Notes: generated by a model from the letters alone, not told the origin. DNA of 64,000 nucleotides from Bdellovibrionota bacterium (GCA_044347345.1 JBIKUX010000015.1:3810-67809), one strand, 5' to 3'. Shown: positions 10,329-21,975, numbered from the stretch's first letter. Numbers and translations are program-made.

Positions 10329-10367
10329 AGAAAGTGTCAGTGTTAGAAAGTGTCAGTGTTAGAAAGT
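10329..10367. repeat. Direct repeat AGAAAGTGTCAGTGTT in 2 full copies plus a partial third, in the convergent intergenic region between the FmdB-like gene and recO.
   Basis: Read directly from the sequence. Confidence 0.8.
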
Positions 10368-10383
10368 AAAAGTGGTAAAGCTT

Positions 10384-11055
10384 TTAGTGGGTGAGCTTAA
10401 CGCGCTTTAAGATAGTTAATAATTCTGGCTTAGTCCTTAGCGGACGATGGATGAGATCTTCAACCTCATTTATAAGGCTTAGTAGTCCATTTAAAGAGCG
10501 TGGCGGCATAGACTCCCTATTTAGAAAGCCTAAAACTGTAAGTAAATTTACAATAAAAAAGTAAGTGTTTTTAGAGCGCTCTAACGAGTTACTTTGAGAG
10601 GATAATTTGGGAGCAGATAGTTTCGTCAGTGCAGTAATTAAAAGTGAGAAAGGCGTTTCAGTTTGAGAAGATTCGGTGACTACGTAGCTTGATTGCGGTA
10701 AGGTTTCGGTTTCAACCACTAATGCCTCTGTAATTTCTAGCAGTGTGGCACCAAAAATAAAAGCTTCAAGGTCTGTACGTAAAGTTGGAAGCAGATTGGG
10801 AAGCGGAGAAGTAAGAAGGAATGATTCAAGTGACCAAATGATTGAGCGACTTCGACCTCGCGAATTTGACAGTTTCAGGGTGGCTTTACCGATATCAAAA
10901 GGTTCTAAACCGCCACTGAAGCGTTTGCTACTTTTGCGTGAGTTATGAGCAACAGCGTTGATTTTAGTACCCTCATCGGTAAGTAAAGTTACAATTCGAT
11001 GTGCATCACCAAAAGAAGTAGAGCGAAGAATGAGAGTTATAATTTCATTATTCAT
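10384..11055 (-). CDS. recO: DNA repair protein RecO.
   Basis: N-terminal OB-fold region LILRSTSFGDAHRIVTLLTDEGTKINAVAHNSRKSSKRFSGGLEPF. Confidence 0.65.
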   Translation of the reverse strand: MNNEIITLILRSTSFGDAHRIVTLLTDEGTKINAVAHNSRKSSKRFSGGLEPFDIGKATLKLSNSRGRSRSIIWSLESFLLTSPLPNLLPTLRTDLEAFIFGATLLEITEALVVETETLPQSSYVVTESSQTETPFSLLITALTKLSAPKLSSQSNSLERSKNTYFFIVNLLTVLGFLNRESMPPRSLNGLLSLINEVEDLIHRPLRTKPELLTILKRVKLTH

Positions 11056-11076
11056 GAGGTGATACGGTAAAGTTAA

Positions 11077-11712
11077 ATGAAGTTAATGTGGAGAAAACGT
11101 GTGACAAAAAGTGAAGAAAATGGTGAAAAATTAAAGGCATGTTTACAAGACGCTCCGCCAATGTTTGACACTTCCTGTGATAGTACCAAAAACGGCGAAG
11201 TTTTGGCGAAACAGGAACAACAATCTCCTAAGTCAGATAGCGATGATGAGGATGACGATAATAAGGCTCTCAGAGCTGAGCTTGCAGACGCTAAGGATAA
11301 GCACCTGAGGACATTAGCTGAGTTTGAAAATTATAAAAAGCGCGTATTTAAGGAGCGAGCTGAGATCATTAAATATCAAGGTGAAAGGATATTTGTAGAT
11401 TTGCTTGATATTGTTGATAATTTCGACAGAGCTATAGCGCATCTGGACGCTGATTCTGACCAGCTTAAGGCAGGTATACAACTTATCCACAAGGCTTTCC
11501 AAGAATTTCTTAAAAAATGGGAAGTTAGGGGAGAGTCAGCGATTGGGCAACCATTTGATCCGTACCGTCATAATGCTCTCAGTCGAGTTCCAACAGATAC
11601 GGTACCGTCAGGAGTCGTTATCGATGAGCTAAAGAAATGTTTTCATTACAAAGATAAGGTTATTAGGCCAGGCGAAGTAGTGGTGGCCGCGTCTCCTAGT
11701 GATCAGCAGTAA
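11077..11712 (+). CDS. grpE: Nucleotide exchange factor GrpE. An internal later Met is a possible alternative start.
   Basis: LRAELADAKDKHLRTLAEFENYKKR GrpE signature. Located directly upstream of dnaK-dnaJ. Confidence 0.85.
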   Translation: MKLMWRKRVTKSEENGEKLKACLQDAPPMFDTSCDSTKNGEVLAKQEQQSPKSDSDDEDDDNKALRAELADAKDKHLRTLAEFENYKKRVFKERAEIIKYQGERIFVDLLDIVDNFDRAIAHLDADSDQLKAGIQLIHKAFQEFLKKWEVRGESAIGQPFDPYRHNALSRVPTDTVPSGVVIDELKKCFHYKDKVIRPGEVVVAASPSDQQ

Positions 11713-11894
11713 CGCACTAACTTAGTAGCATTAAATTTCAGCAAAATAGGAAAATGACGGTACTAAATGCACTTTTTAGATCTTGATATAGTCAAAAGGT
11801 GTGGTTATTTCCTTTCAAGCGCAGAAAAAACGCTCTTTAATTCGAGCGTCATCTCATCAAGAAAAGCTTTTAGAAAGCACGGGACAATTTAATT

Positions 11895-13805
11895 ATGGGA
11901 AAAACAATAGGAATCGATCTTGGAACCACTAATTCTTGTGTAGCCGTTATGGAAGGCGGGTCAGCAGTGGTTATTGCAAACAGCGAAGGTGCTCGTACCA
12001 CTCCTTCTGTAGTGGCTGTTAATGATGCAGGAGACCGACTTGTTGGGCAGGTAGCCAAGAGGCAGGGTGTTACCAATCCTAAAAATACTATTTTCGCGGT
12101 CAAGAGGCTCATCGGTCGTAAGGGTGGTTCGCCTGAGGTAGAGAGGGCTAAGAAAGTTCTTCCTTATGAAATTGCCACCGCCCCCAACGGTGATGCATGG
12201 GTAAAGGTTCGTGGTGAGAGCAAGAGCCCTCAAGAAATTTCAGCGATGATACTCGGCAAAATGAAGCAGACTGCTGAGGATTATCTTGGAGAAAAAGTTA
12301 CTGATGCTGTCATTACAGTTCCAGCTTATTTTGATGATGCTCAAAGGCAAGCAACTAAAGACGCTGGTAAGATAGCCGGCTTAAATGTCCAACGTATAAT
12401 TAATGAGCCGACCGCTGCCGCTCTAGCTTATGGTTTAGATAAAAAACAAGACAAAATTATAGCAGTATTTGATCTAGGCGGAGGAACATTCGATATTTCG
12501 ATACTTGAGCTTGGTGACGGAGTATTTGAAGTTAAAGCCACTAACGGCGATACATTCTTGGGTGGAGAAGATTTTGATCTTGCAATAGTAAATTATTTAG
12601 CAGATGAATTTAAAAAAGACCAAGGAATTGATTTACGAAATGATATTCATGCTCTACAGCGATTAAAAGATGCCGCTGAGAAAGCCAAGCATGAGTTATC
12701 AAGCACGATGGAAACAGATGTGAATCTGCCATTTATTTCGTCTGACCCATCAGGTCCTAAGCATTTGAATATGAAAATTTCACGAGCAAAATTTGAAGCT
12801 ATTTGCTCGGATCTTTTACAAAGACTTGCCGACCCATGTCGTACAGCACTTCGGGATGCTGGTTTGTCAGCATCTCAAGTAAACGATGTAATTTTGGTGG
12901 GTGGGATGACTCGTATGCCTGCCGTACAACAAAGGGTCAAGGAAATCTTTGGTAGAGAACCTTCAAAGAATGTTAATCCTGACGAAGCCGTGGCGGTAGG
13001 TGCCGCTGTTCAAGCTGGAGTTTTGCAAGGAGATGTTAAAGATGTCCTCCTTCTCGATGTAACTCCACTAAGTTTAGGTATTGAGACTTACGGTGGAGTA
13101 CTTACAAAGTTAATTGAAAAAAATACAACTATCCCTACTAAGAAATCGCAGACTTTTTCAACAGCCTCCGATAATCAGCCAGCTGTATCGATTCATGTTT
13201 TACAAGGTGAACGAGAGATGGCAGTAGACAATAAAACTCTAGGCCGTTTTGAGCTGGTTGGTATTCCACCCGCACCAAGAGGTATTCCGCAGATTGAAGT
13301 AACATTTGACATCGACGCTAACGGTATCGTTCATGTATCGGCTAAGGATCTTGGAACAGGTAAAGAGCAATCGATTAAGATTACCGCTAGCTCAGGTCTG
13401 AACAAGGAAGAAATTGATCGCATGGTGAAAGATGCTGAGCTTCATGCTGATGAAGACAAAAAGCGCCGAGAGTTGATCGAGCTTCGTAACAGGCTAGATA
13501 CCTTGCTCTACTCAACTGAAAGGACGCTCAAGGAGTCTGGTGAGTCTCTCTCAGCAGTTGACCGCGGTTCTCTTGATACAGCAATAGAAAATGCTAAAAA
13601 AGTACTCGAAGGTCAAAGTGATGACATAGATGCACTGAATAAGGCTATAGAAGAGCTCACCAGTGCTAGTCACAAGTTATCTGAAGAGATGTATCGCAAA
13701 GTGGCTGAACAGGCTCAACAGTCAGGTGACATCAAAGGTGGTGCTTCAAAGCATGACGATGATGATGGGGTTGTTGATGCTGATTTCGAAGAAGTTAGAG
13801 AATAG
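11895..13805 (+). CDS. dnaK: Chaperone DnaK (Hsp70).
   Basis: [26 protein letters not shown] and the other full Hsp70 signatures. Confidence 0.95.
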   Translation: MGKTIGIDLGTTNSCVAVMEGGSAVVIANSEGARTTPSVVAVNDAGDRLVGQVAKRQGVTNPKNTIFAVKRLIGRKGGSPEVERAKKVLPYEIATAPNGDAWVKVRGESKSPQEISAMILGKMKQTAEDYLGEKVTDAVITVPAYFDDAQRQATKDAGKIAGLNVQRIINEPTAAALAYGLDKKQDKIIAVFDLGGGTFDISILELGDGVFEVKATNGDTFLGGEDFDLAIVNYLADEFKKDQGIDLRNDIHALQRLKDAAEKAKHELSSTMETDVNLPFISSDPSGPKHLNMKISRAKFEAICSDLLQRLADPCRTALRDAGLSASQVNDVILVGGMTRMPAVQQRVKEIFGREPSKNVNPDEAVAVGAAVQAGVLQGDVKDVLLLDVTPLSLGIETYGGVLTKLIEKNTTIPTKKSQTFSTASDNQPAVSIHVLQGEREMAVDNKTLGRFELVGIPPAPRGIPQIEVTFDIDANGIVHVSAKDLGTGKEQSIKITASSGLNKEEIDRMVKDAELHADEDKKRRELIELRNRLDTLLYSTERTLKESGESLSAVDRGSLDTAIENAKKVLEGQSDDIDALNKAIEELTSASHKLSEEMYRKVAEQAQQSGDIKGGASKHDDDDGVVDADFEEVRE

Positions 13806-13851
13806 TAGCCACCAAAGTAAATATCATGTAAGTAGATTAGGAGTAAGTTAG

Positions 13852-15039
13852 GTGGCAAAGTCTGATTATTATGAGCTTTTAGGAGTGGCTCGCAGTGCCT
13901 CTGCGGAAGAAATTAAAAAAGCTTATCGTAAGCTTGCCATTAAATACCATCCTGATAAAAACCCCGGAAATAAGGAGGCTGAAGATAAGTTTAAACTCTT
14001 ATCTGAAGCCTATTCAGTGTTAAGTGATGCTGATACGCGGGCTAAATATGACCAATTTGGCCATGCTGCCTTTGAAAATGGTGGTGCTGGTGGTTTTTCA
14101 GGAGTAGACCCTTCCCAATTTGAGGATATTTTTGGTGACATATTCAGCTCTTTTTTTGGGGGTACGTCCAGCAGTAAGCGTTCATCCGGGCGAAGTGGGC
14201 GGGATTTAAAGTACAATCTTGCTATAACCTTTGAGGAAGCTGCGTTTGGTTGTGAGAAAGAAGTTGAGATATCACGTAGACGCGGATGCGCTACATGTAA
14301 CGGTTCAGGTGCAAAGCCGGGAACTGCACCAGAGCGATGTGGCCAGTGCGGTGGTACTGGTCAAGTAAGAATGCAACAAGGGTTTTTTACGCTCAGTAGG
14401 ACTTGTTCCGCTTGTAATGGCTCTGGTCAGGTTATAAAAACTCCTTGCCATTCGTGTAGTGGATCGGGATTAACTTTACAGACCACCAAAGTGCAAGTGC
14501 GAATCCCTCCTGGTATAGACGATGGTCAGCGCCTTAAATTACGCGCTGAAGGCGAAGGAGGTGTCGCAGGAGGTCAGCCAGGAGACCTTTATATTCAGGT
14601 TAGCGTACAAGAGCATCCAGTTTTTCATCGCGAAGAAAGTGAAATTTTGTGTGACGTCCCAATTTCATTTACCACCGCTGTATTAGGAGGTGAAATTGAG
14701 GTTCCGACTCTCGAGGGAAAAGTAAAAATAAAAATTCCAGCTGGAACTCCTTCGGGTAAGGTATTTAGGCTAAGAAATAGAGGTATTCAGGTTTTAGGTA
14801 CAAATCGTCGTGGTGACCAGCATACTAGAGTTTATGTGCATGTTCCCGACCGTGTTACTGAAGAGCAGCGCCATTTACTTGAACAATTAGCCGATCTTCA
14901 AGGGTCTAGCTCTTCATATCAAGGCGAAGGTAGCGGTGCTCATCAAGGTGGTGCTCATGAAGGCGGCGCTTATGAAGGCGGTGCTTCTCAGGAAGAGGGT
15001 AAAGGCTTTTTTGATAAAGTGCGAGAGATTTTTACCTAA
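13852..15039 (+). CDS. dnaJ: Chaperone DnaJ.
   Basis: J-domain with HPD (YHPDKNP), a G/F-rich region, and four CxxCxGxG zinc-finger repeats. Confidence 0.95.
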   Translation: MAKSDYYELLGVARSASAEEIKKAYRKLAIKYHPDKNPGNKEAEDKFKLLSEAYSVLSDADTRAKYDQFGHAAFENGGAGGFSGVDPSQFEDIFGDIFSSFFGGTSSSKRSSGRSGRDLKYNLAITFEEAAFGCEKEVEISRRRGCATCNGSGAKPGTAPERCGQCGGTGQVRMQQGFFTLSRTCSACNGSGQVIKTPCHSCSGSGLTLQTTKVQVRIPPGIDDGQRLKLRAEGEGGVAGGQPGDLYIQVSVQEHPVFHREESEILCDVPISFTTAVLGGEIEVPTLEGKVKIKIPAGTPSGKVFRLRNRGIQVLGTNRRGDQHTRVYVHVPDRVTEEQRHLLEQLADLQGSSSSYQGEGSGAHQGGAHEGGAYEGGASQEEGKGFFDKVREIFT

Positions 15040-15959
15040 GTTCGTTTTTTAGCTTCTGTTTCAAGGTTAGCAACTCTTTGAGTTAAGGTGCCACAAACAA
15101 GCGACATAAAGTACCAGCAAATGCTACTAACTAGTACTTTACCAATAGTCTGATTTAGCCCAATTTGATGCCAGACTAGGTAGCATAACAGTGCTCCAAT
15201 GCTAATCTGTAATAGTAGTCTTATGCGAACATGTTTAACAGCTTGTTTAGCAATAGCTACGGCTGAATTTGGTTCATACATTCCGATGATAGAGACTAAA
15301 GGCATCAAGAGATAGGCTAGATAAATGTTAGCTACTATAATTGTAGCAATACCAAGAGTGCTTCTATAAATTAGGATAAGTGACTCATGACTCTTTGTTG
15401 TTCCGATGGCATCATAGGCTATTGATAGTGCAATTATTACCAAACCTGCGTATAGAGTCCGTATAGCTGCAACAATTGTGGCTTTAAATCCGAAGAGTAT
15501 CGCCGTTGGTAAGTTTTTCAGAAAAACTAGCGCTGGAATCCGAGGTCGGTAGAGGAAAGACAGACGAGCAGGAAGAGCTGTAGCTGCCAGTAAGAAGGGA
15601 AAACCAATAATACTGGAAAGCGCCGCGATAATCGGTCCGATTTCATATCTTATGCGGTAAGGTAGAAATTGATGTTTGGCAAATTCTTCTAGTCCGTATA
15701 GAGTACCAAAGATAGCCGCTAAACTTACAGTGGTACCTAACGTCCATAAAAAAATAACTAGCATCATTAGTGGAGGGCGAAGGTACTTCATTAAACGAAT
15801 CGGAAAGGCAATCTCTCGCAGAATAAACAAGGTTAATCGCTGCAATAAAACGGTGTAATTAGATTGAGCGCTATTAGTTCTTTGTTCGGACGAGGGTGTC
15901 ATTGGATAAAGATGTCGGTATCTTTGAAGTTGTTTCTGTGAATAAGGAGTTAGTTTCAA
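15036..15959 (-). CDS. Hypothetical polytopic membrane protein.
   Basis: 307 aa with multiple hydrophobic spans. I recognise no family. Overlaps the dnaJ stop by 4 nt on the opposite strand. Confidence 0.4.
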   Translation of the reverse strand: MKLTPYSQKQLQRYRHLYPMTPSSEQRTNSAQSNYTVLLQRLTLFILREIAFPIRLMKYLRPPLMMLVIFLWTLGTTVSLAAIFGTLYGLEEFAKHQFLPYRIRYEIGPIIAALSSIIGFPFLLAATALPARLSFLYRPRIPALVFLKNLPTAILFGFKATIVAAIRTLYAGLVIIALSIAYDAIGTTKSHESLILIYRSTLGIATIIVANIYLAYLLMPLVSIIGMYEPNSAVAIAKQAVKHVRIRLLLQISIGALLCYLVWHQIGLNQTIGKVLVSSICWYFMSLVCGTLTQRVANLETEAKKRT

Positions 15960-16071
15960 TCATTTCGGCAGTATGTCATTTAAATCTCATGCGGTTAATA
16001 TGCTTAAAAGTTAGTCGACAGTTTATAATTTCAAAAGTATATAATCGTCGGTAAATTTGCTCACCTAGGAG

Positions 16072-18126
16072 ATGCGTGTAGTGAAAAAAAAATTGGTGAG
16101 AGTTCAGCTAATAAAAAAGTTACTTTTAGCTAAATCACTTTTACTAGCTGTTGGATATTTAAACGGGTGTAGCAGTACTAGTAGTGGCACTTCTACCAAC
16201 GGTGGTAAGGGATATGTTAGGCAAACCAACAGCTCCTTACTTGGTGAAAAGGATGGCGAGGGTCTAGATGATGGCCAAACGCTTGGTGAAAAATATCCTT
16301 GGGAGTTGTGGCAATTTGGTAGTACTTTTGAACGGATTCAAGTTGGAACAGCTAGTATAAGAGAAGGAGATACACTTTTACAGCAAAACGAGACTATTCG
16401 AGCGCGAGACCAGTATAAGGCTTCGCTTAATTTGCCGTTAGCGCCTAAAGAGCGCGAAGCAGTTACCTACCGAATAGCCTCTTCTTATTTGCGCGAGGGT
16501 AAAGCTGAATCAGCACTGTCTACCTTAAGTAGCTTCTTTAGCAAGGAAAGAATTGAGGCAAAAGCACTTGATGGCTTAAGAAGTTTGTTTCTTGCTTATA
16601 CATACGGACAAGCCGGAGAAATTGACCAATCGCTTGCTTGGTTTTTAAATGCGGCTGAGAGATCAAGAGATAAAAACTTTCGTTATATTATCAAAAGTGG
16701 GGTGGCAGAGGTTGTGAAATCTCTTCATCCTGAAAAATTTGAAGAGATAGCTGTAAAGTGGTCAGAGAGTGATTTGATACGTGAAGCCTTTGCTCTTGAA
16801 AGGCGAAGGCGTGCTCAGTCAGGGTATATTCATACTGCTAGAAGACCCTTCATGCCAAAGAATAGTTCTTTGGCTACACAATCTATTAGTGAGAGAGAGT
16901 TAACTGCTGACGTGCAAAATAGTAGTGGCCCTTTACAAGCAGTTGTTTTACTTCCTCTTAGTGGAAAATACGGTCAGTTGGGAATTGCAACTAAGCAAGG
17001 AGTAGAATTAGCTTTTAAGGAATATGGTAGCCTTGTTGATGGAAGTAGTGTTGCTCTTGTTGTAGAGGATTCTACTCTCGACGGTGCAGTGGCGGCGGGT
17101 AAAATCGAGAAGGTGGCTTTGCAAGGACAAATTGGAGCGGTGATTGGTCCATTAATTTCAGAGATTACCGAAACAGTAACCGAAAAGGCTCGTTCATTAG
17201 GAATTCCAGTCCTTACTTTGTCAAAGCGAACTTCGGTAACAATAGGTAATGGTATATTTAGACTTGGAGTTACCGTTCCTAGTCAAGTAGCTCGCCTTGT
17301 GGATGAAGCTTATATCGGTAGTGGGATTACCAGATACGCTATCATATATCCAGAAACCGATTTTGGGCGAGAGTATGCTGAAGCTGCTCGCAAAGAATTA
17401 TTATCACGCGGACTAACAATAGCGTATGAAGGAGGCTATCAAGAGGGGGTTAGTGCTTCTCTAGCTCATCATGCTTCTATGATTGAGACAACCAATGTTG
17501 GAGGAGTAATTTTCCCCGGCAAGCCCAGAGATGCTGGTGTTCTTTTTTCTTCCATTGGTAGTGACGCTCGTATGAATTTAAGACCTCTCGGGTTTGTAAC
17601 TTGGAGTAATGTGCGGGAGCTTAAGCAATCGCAAATGGCTCTACAAGGTGCTCTAGTGGTATCGCCTTTTTATGCTGAGAGCGAACGAATTGAAGTCAAG
17701 CGATTTGTTGAATTTTATCGCGCTAACTACGGAAAGGCTCCAGATTTTCTGGCTGCTCAAGGGTATGATGCTGCACTTCTTGCTGCATTAGCTCTGAGAC
17801 GTGCCACGGCAGAAGGACGATCTTTCTCTTCGGCTTTACAACTTTTAAATGCGGTAGAAGGTACTACGGGAAGTTTATCTATTTCTCCTAATGGCGAAAT
17901 AGAGAGAAAATACGCAGTTTTAGAATTTATAAACGGGGCTTTTCTTGAGCGTCGTAGAGATGGTGAGCAGTTTGGTACTGCTATAAATCCTATTCGCGGC
18001 GCTTTTGATAATAAGTCAATTTCAACCTCAGTGGCCGAGCAATCTGACCCTATTTCAATTAAAAGTGAGCCTCAAAGTAACTCATCAGGAGCAGTTAAGC
18101 GCCTGAGGGATCTTGTCACCGAATAG
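16072..18126 (+). CDS. lpoA: Lipoprotein with TPR-like N-terminal region and type-I periplasmic-binding-fold C-terminal domain; penicillin-binding protein activator LpoA-like.
   Basis: Lipobox LLLAVGYLNGC. About 680 aa, similar in length to LpoA. C-terminal domain has AVVLLPLSGKYGQLGIATKQGVELAF, resembling the LpoA/LppC ALLLPLSG motif. Confidence 0.5.
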   Translation: MRVVKKKLVRVQLIKKLLLAKSLLLAVGYLNGCSSTSSGTSTNGGKGYVRQTNSSLLGEKDGEGLDDGQTLGEKYPWELWQFGSTFERIQVGTASIREGDTLLQQNETIRARDQYKASLNLPLAPKEREAVTYRIASSYLREGKAESALSTLSSFFSKERIEAKALDGLRSLFLAYTYGQAGEIDQSLAWFLNAAERSRDKNFRYIIKSGVAEVVKSLHPEKFEEIAVKWSESDLIREAFALERRRRAQSGYIHTARRPFMPKNSSLATQSISERELTADVQNSSGPLQAVVLLPLSGKYGQLGIATKQGVELAFKEYGSLVDGSSVALVVEDSTLDGAVAAGKIEKVALQGQIGAVIGPLISEITETVTEKARSLGIPVLTLSKRTSVTIGNGIFRLGVTVPSQVARLVDEAYIGSGITRYAIIYPETDFGREYAEAARKELLSRGLTIAYEGGYQEGVSASLAHHASMIETTNVGGVIFPGKPRDAGVLFSSIGSDARMNLRPLGFVTWSNVRELKQSQMALQGALVVSPFYAESERIEVKRFVEFYRANYGKAPDFLAAQGYDAALLAALALRRATAEGRSFSSALQLLNAVEGTTGSLSISPNGEIERKYAVLEFINGAFLERRRDGEQFGTAINPIRGAFDNKSISTSVAEQSDPISIKSEPQSNSSGAVKRLRDLVTE

Positions 18127-18274
18127 ATAGAAATCTATTTGAAAATTATCTGAATGATGTTTTAAGAATTAGCAGCTTATTTTTTTACCGTTTTTTAAAG
18201 AGACTACTGAATCTTAATTGATAAATATTGATTAAGCCTTGTGTGCAACCCAAGGGTATTTAAAGGGTTTATAT

Positions 18275-20725
18275 ATGGATAATGCAGGGAGTTTGACAAA
18301 GCGTTCTGGTGGCGAAGTGCTACCGACGGACATTCCTGCCGAACTTCCTGTTCTTCCAGCAAGAGATCTTGTTCCCTTTCCTAGTATAATGATGGCTTTG
18401 TATGTAGAGCGACATCTTGTTGATCAGTTGCTTATGACAGCAGGTGATGAGGAGGATGCACTAGTTGTGATCGTTGCGCAACGTAATGCGGTAATAGCTG
18501 ACCCTGAGCCAAGCGATTTCTATAAAGTCGGTGTAATCGCTCAGGTGAGACGCACTCTTAAATTACCGGATGAGCGGGTTAAAATTCTTCTAAAAGGGTT
18601 GTTTCGTGCTCGTATTGGAAAAATCAAAAAGAATGGAATATTAAAGGCGTCAGTAAAAGTAATAAATCCAAGAAAAACTACTAAGGAATCTTTAAGCATA
18701 CTTGCACATATTCGTGAAAATCTTCAGGTCTTAGTTGAAAGAGAGCATATACCTGAGGAGATTCTTCTATTGACGGATGAAAGCAGTGATCTATCTGCTT
18801 TAGCTGATAGTTTATTGGCTCACTACCGGCTTGATGTAGCTAGAGCTCAGACAGCTTTAGAAGAGCTGGATTCTACAAAGCGTTTAAAACTTGCCGATAC
18901 CATCATAGCAGATGATCTTAATCAGTTAATTATCTCGGAGAAGATAGCCGATAAAACTCAAATTGAACTTAATCGTGGACAGCGAGAGTATTATCTTCGT
19001 GAACAAATTAAGCAGATCCAAGAGGAGTTAGGCGAAGTAGATGCTACTGCTCAGGAAGTAGCTCAATTAAAGGAAAGGATGCAGAGTCTCAAGTTATCTA
19101 AAGAGGCCCGTCTTGAGGTAGATCGTCAGGTTAGTCGATTGGAGAGAATCCCCGCTGAATCGACAGAGCATGCGTTACTTAGAACCTATCTTGAATGGAT
19201 TGCCGACCTTCCTTGGAGTGGGCGTTCTCGAGAAAAGTATGATCCAAAAGAAGCCAAGGAAATTCTTGATAGAGATCATTTTGGACTTGATAAGGCCAAA
19301 GATCGGATTCTTGAGTACTTGGCTGTGCGTAAGCTTCACAGAACTTCGCGTGGCCCGATTCTTTGTTTTGTTGGTCCTCCTGGGGTAGGAAAAACCTCAT
19401 TAGCCCGAGCAATATCTGAGGCACTTGGGCGTAAGTGTATTCGTATGTCACTTGGAGGAGTAAGAGATGAAGCTGAGATTAGGGGTCATAGACGAACTTA
19501 TGTAGGTGCTCTTCCAGGTCGAATTATACAGGGGATGAAACAAGCAGGAACCAGAAACCCTGTGATTGTGCTTGATGAACTTGATAAGGTAGGGAATGAT
19601 TTTCGCGGTGATCCGGCTTCAGCCTTACTGGAAGTGCTAGACCCTCATCAGAATAAGGAATTTCGCGATCATTACTTAAACCTTGCTTTTGATCTTTCTG
19701 AAGTATTGTTTATAGCTACTGCTAACACCATCGATACTATCCCTGAGGCTTTAGTTGATCGGCTTGAAATTATCTTTCTATCTGGCTACACCGTAGAAGA
19801 AAAAGAGAAAATCGCTAAACGTTTTATTATACCAAGACAGTTGCAAGAAAATGGTTTGGCTGAAAGGCAAATTAGTATAAATGAGGATGCCGTAAGGTAT
19901 TTAATTGAGCGGTATACGGCAGAAGCTGGAGTTCGAAATCTTGAGAGAGAGATAGCATCACTATTTCGTAAGTTAGCTCGAAAGTTTGTTGAGCACAATA
20001 AAGCTGTGCGTCGGGTTACTCCAAGTATAGTAACTAAACTTCTGGGGCCAACCAAGTATGATCCAGAGGCGCGAGATACCAGAGATTTAGTTGGTTTGGC
20101 GCGTGGATTAGCTTGGACTATAAATGGCGGGGAGATGATGCCAGTTGAAGTATCTATTGCTAAAGGGAGTGGCAATCTTTCCTTAACTGGCCAGCTTGGT
20201 TCAATAATGCAGGAATCTGCTCAAGCGGCGGTGTTTTATGCTCGTTCAAACGCAGAGTCTCTTGGTTTATCACCGAGCTTTTATCAAAAATTTGATGTGC
20301 ATGTTCATGTACCAGGCGGAGCAACACCTAAAGACGGGCCATCAGCCGGCATAACTATAGCCTGTGCTTTAGTATCTGTATTATCTGGTCGCAAGGTGTC
20401 AAGTAAGGTAGCGATGACGGGCGAAATAACATTACGTGGTAACGTGCTTGCGGTAGGGGGATTAAAAGAAAAGGCTTTAGCCGCTCTCAGAAACGGTATT
20501 AGTACTGTGATTGTACCGTATGAAAATATGAAAGATCTTGAAGAGGTGCCGAAAGAACAGCGCAATAAAATACAGTTTATACCTGTAAGATATATAAGTG
20601 AGGTATTAGATGTTGCGCTACTTCCTAGGGAGCGCTCTACTCGTGCTCCAGGTACTTTATCAATTAGTCGAGAAAAAAAAGCGCGTACCAAACAAGATGT
20701 TCGTATCCGTTCCGTCGAGAGGTAG
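18275..20725 (+). CDS. lon: ATP-dependent protease Lon. The ATG at 18275 is preferred over the TTG at 18239.
   Basis: LPVLPARDLVPFP Lon N-domain. AAA+ motif GPPGVGKTSLARAISEALGRK. Protease Ser-Lys dyad region DGPSAGITIA. Confidence 0.95.
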   Translation: MDNAGSLTKRSGGEVLPTDIPAELPVLPARDLVPFPSIMMALYVERHLVDQLLMTAGDEEDALVVIVAQRNAVIADPEPSDFYKVGVIAQVRRTLKLPDERVKILLKGLFRARIGKIKKNGILKASVKVINPRKTTKESLSILAHIRENLQVLVEREHIPEEILLLTDESSDLSALADSLLAHYRLDVARAQTALEELDSTKRLKLADTIIADDLNQLIISEKIADKTQIELNRGQREYYLREQIKQIQEELGEVDATAQEVAQLKERMQSLKLSKEARLEVDRQVSRLERIPAESTEHALLRTYLEWIADLPWSGRSREKYDPKEAKEILDRDHFGLDKAKDRILEYLAVRKLHRTSRGPILCFVGPPGVGKTSLARAISEALGRKCIRMSLGGVRDEAEIRGHRRTYVGALPGRIIQGMKQAGTRNPVIVLDELDKVGNDFRGDPASALLEVLDPHQNKEFRDHYLNLAFDLSEVLFIATANTIDTIPEALVDRLEIIFLSGYTVEEKEKIAKRFIIPRQLQENGLAERQISINEDAVRYLIERYTAEAGVRNLEREIASLFRKLARKFVEHNKAVRRVTPSIVTKLLGPTKYDPEARDTRDLVGLARGLAWTINGGEMMPVEVSIAKGSGNLSLTGQLGSIMQESAQAAVFYARSNAESLGLSPSFYQKFDVHVHVPGGATPKDGPSAGITIACALVSVLSGRKVSSKVAMTGEITLRGNVLAVGGLKEKALAALRNGISTVIVPYENMKDLEEVPKEQRNKIQFIPVRYISEVLDVALLPRERSTRAPGTLSISREKKARTKQDVRIRSVER

Positions 20726-20735
20726 ACAAATAGTT

Positions 20736-21179
20736 TTAAGTGCTGTTTTGTTCAGTTGAACACTCGCATTTCCACCATAGGTCAAGACTAATTATAAGAA
20801 ACTCTTCAGCCAATGACTCGATATCAATAATATCATTGTCATAGTAAGAAATGTCTATATCATCATCAATGTAGTTGCCGTTCGTAACGTGTTCGTTTGG
20901 ACGGGGCTGAAATTTGATGTTAATAGGAACTTTAGTACGGCGATGTTGAAACACAGAGCATACGCCGCATTGTTGCTCGTAGTCAGCGGTAATGTTTGCT
21001 CTTAGTAGAGCACCGTTTAATTTATGTTCAAGCACACCGACAATGCACGGCGCTTGAGTAAAAAGTATATCAGAGCGGTTTAGGAGTTTATTAAACGCTT
21101 TTATGCACAGCTCTCCTTCAATGGACTTTCCACTTCTAGGTAGGGTGCTGATGCATACTTTTAAATTATGAGTTACCAT
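20736..21179 (-). CDS. YceD/DUF177-family-like Cys-containing acidic protein.
   Basis: CGVCSVF (CxxC) followed by an acidic IDDDIDISYYDNDIIDIESLAEEFLIISL segment, resembling YceD architecture. Assignment is weak. Confidence 0.4.
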   Translation of the reverse strand: MVTHNLKVCISTLPRSGKSIEGELCIKAFNKLLNRSDILFTQAPCIVGVLEHKLNGALLRANITADYEQQCGVCSVFQHRRTKVPINIKFQPRPNEHVTNGNYIDDDIDISYYDNDIIDIESLAEEFLIISLDLWWKCECSTEQNST

Positions 21180-21218
21180 TTTTTTATCTTACTTTAAGAT
21201 GCAATTCGAGGAGATAGT

Positions 21219-21800
21219 ATGAGTTCTGGAGTAAATAAAGTCATTTTAATCGGCAATCTTGGTCAGGATCCAGAGGTGCGTCGTACTAGTTCAGGTGCTT
21301 CGGTTTGTACTTTACGTTTAGCTACTGCTGAGCGCCGAAAAGATGCCTCTGGTCAGTGGGTAGACCATACAGAATGGCATTCAGTGGTTACTTTTGGCAC
21401 CGTTGCTGACAACTGTGGTCGATTTTTGAAAAAGGGGCGTCAAGTATTCATTGAAGGACGTCTTCAAACTAGAAAGTGGCAAGATAAGGAAGGTAAAGAC
21501 AGATACACCACAGAAGTAATTGCAATGAACGTCCAATTTCTTGGTGGAGGACGAGGTGATTCTGCTGGAGAGAGTTTGCAACAACATGATGTCATGGATT
21601 TTTCTTCTGGCAGCTCAGCTGTAGCAGGTCATTATCAGAGTAATTTTTCAGGAGGAGATGATATTGATAATGATGGTGGTAGGGGAGCAGGCTTGGGTGC
21701 TAAAAACAAGGCGCCTTACTCTTCTTCAAGCATACTTAATGCTGTAGGCCTTAAAGCCGCTGATGACGTTGCTTTTGATGATGATGATATTCCATTTTAA
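21219..21800 (+). CDS. ssb: Single-stranded DNA-binding protein.
   Basis: OB-fold N-terminus [16 protein letters not shown], a Gly-rich linker, and the acidic C-terminal tail DDDIPF. Confidence 0.9.
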   Translation: MSSGVNKVILIGNLGQDPEVRRTSSGASVCTLRLATAERRKDASGQWVDHTEWHSVVTFGTVADNCGRFLKKGRQVFIEGRLQTRKWQDKEGKDRYTTEVIAMNVQFLGGGRGDSAGESLQQHDVMDFSSGSSAVAGHYQSNFSGGDDIDNDGGRGAGLGAKNKAPYSSSSILNAVGLKAADDVAFDDDDIPF

Positions 21801-21833
21801 TGCTGGTGATCTGAAGTTAGCTGAGCTTCTGAC

Positions 21834-21858
21834 GGAGACTTTTTCATAAAAAGTCTCC
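21834..21858. terminator. Perfect 11/11 palindrome GGAGACTTTTTCATAAAAAGTCTCC, 34 nt after the ssb stop. Candidate bidirectional terminator.
   Basis: Read directly from the sequence. The two arms are GGAGACTTTTT and AAAAAGTCTCC with a 3-nt loop. Confidence 0.4.
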
Positions 21859-21916
21859 AATTAAAAGAAACCGTTAAGAGGATCATTTGCGCTATCATCG
21901 GTTATGGGGTATGTAG

Positions 21917-21946
21917 CAGTTGCAGTTGCAGTTGCAGTTGCAGTTT
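21917..21946. repeat. (CAGTTG)5 hexanucleotide simple-sequence repeat, lying inside a 20-codon remnant ORF on the minus strand (21964..21902).
   Basis: cagttgcagttgcagttgcagttgcagttg. Reverse-strand translation gives MGSLSPKLQLQLQLQLLHTP*. Confidence 0.8.
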
Positions 21947-21975
21947 CGGTGATAGTGAACCCATCATGTTTATCT

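Noticed and set aside
11713-11894. Looked for a CIRCE element or strong sigma32 promoter upstream of dnaK (and upstream of grpE and lon)
   Set aside because: No TTAGCACTC-N9-GAGTGCTAA inverted repeat is present, and the candidate -35/-10 matches to sigma32 were too weak to call by eye.
11870-12233. Minus-strand ORFs of 80 and 90 aa
   Set aside because: Antisense to dnaK, which is unambiguous.
19170-20691. Several 70-130 aa ORFs on both strands
   Set aside because: All lie within or antisense to lon. Their products have no recognisable features.
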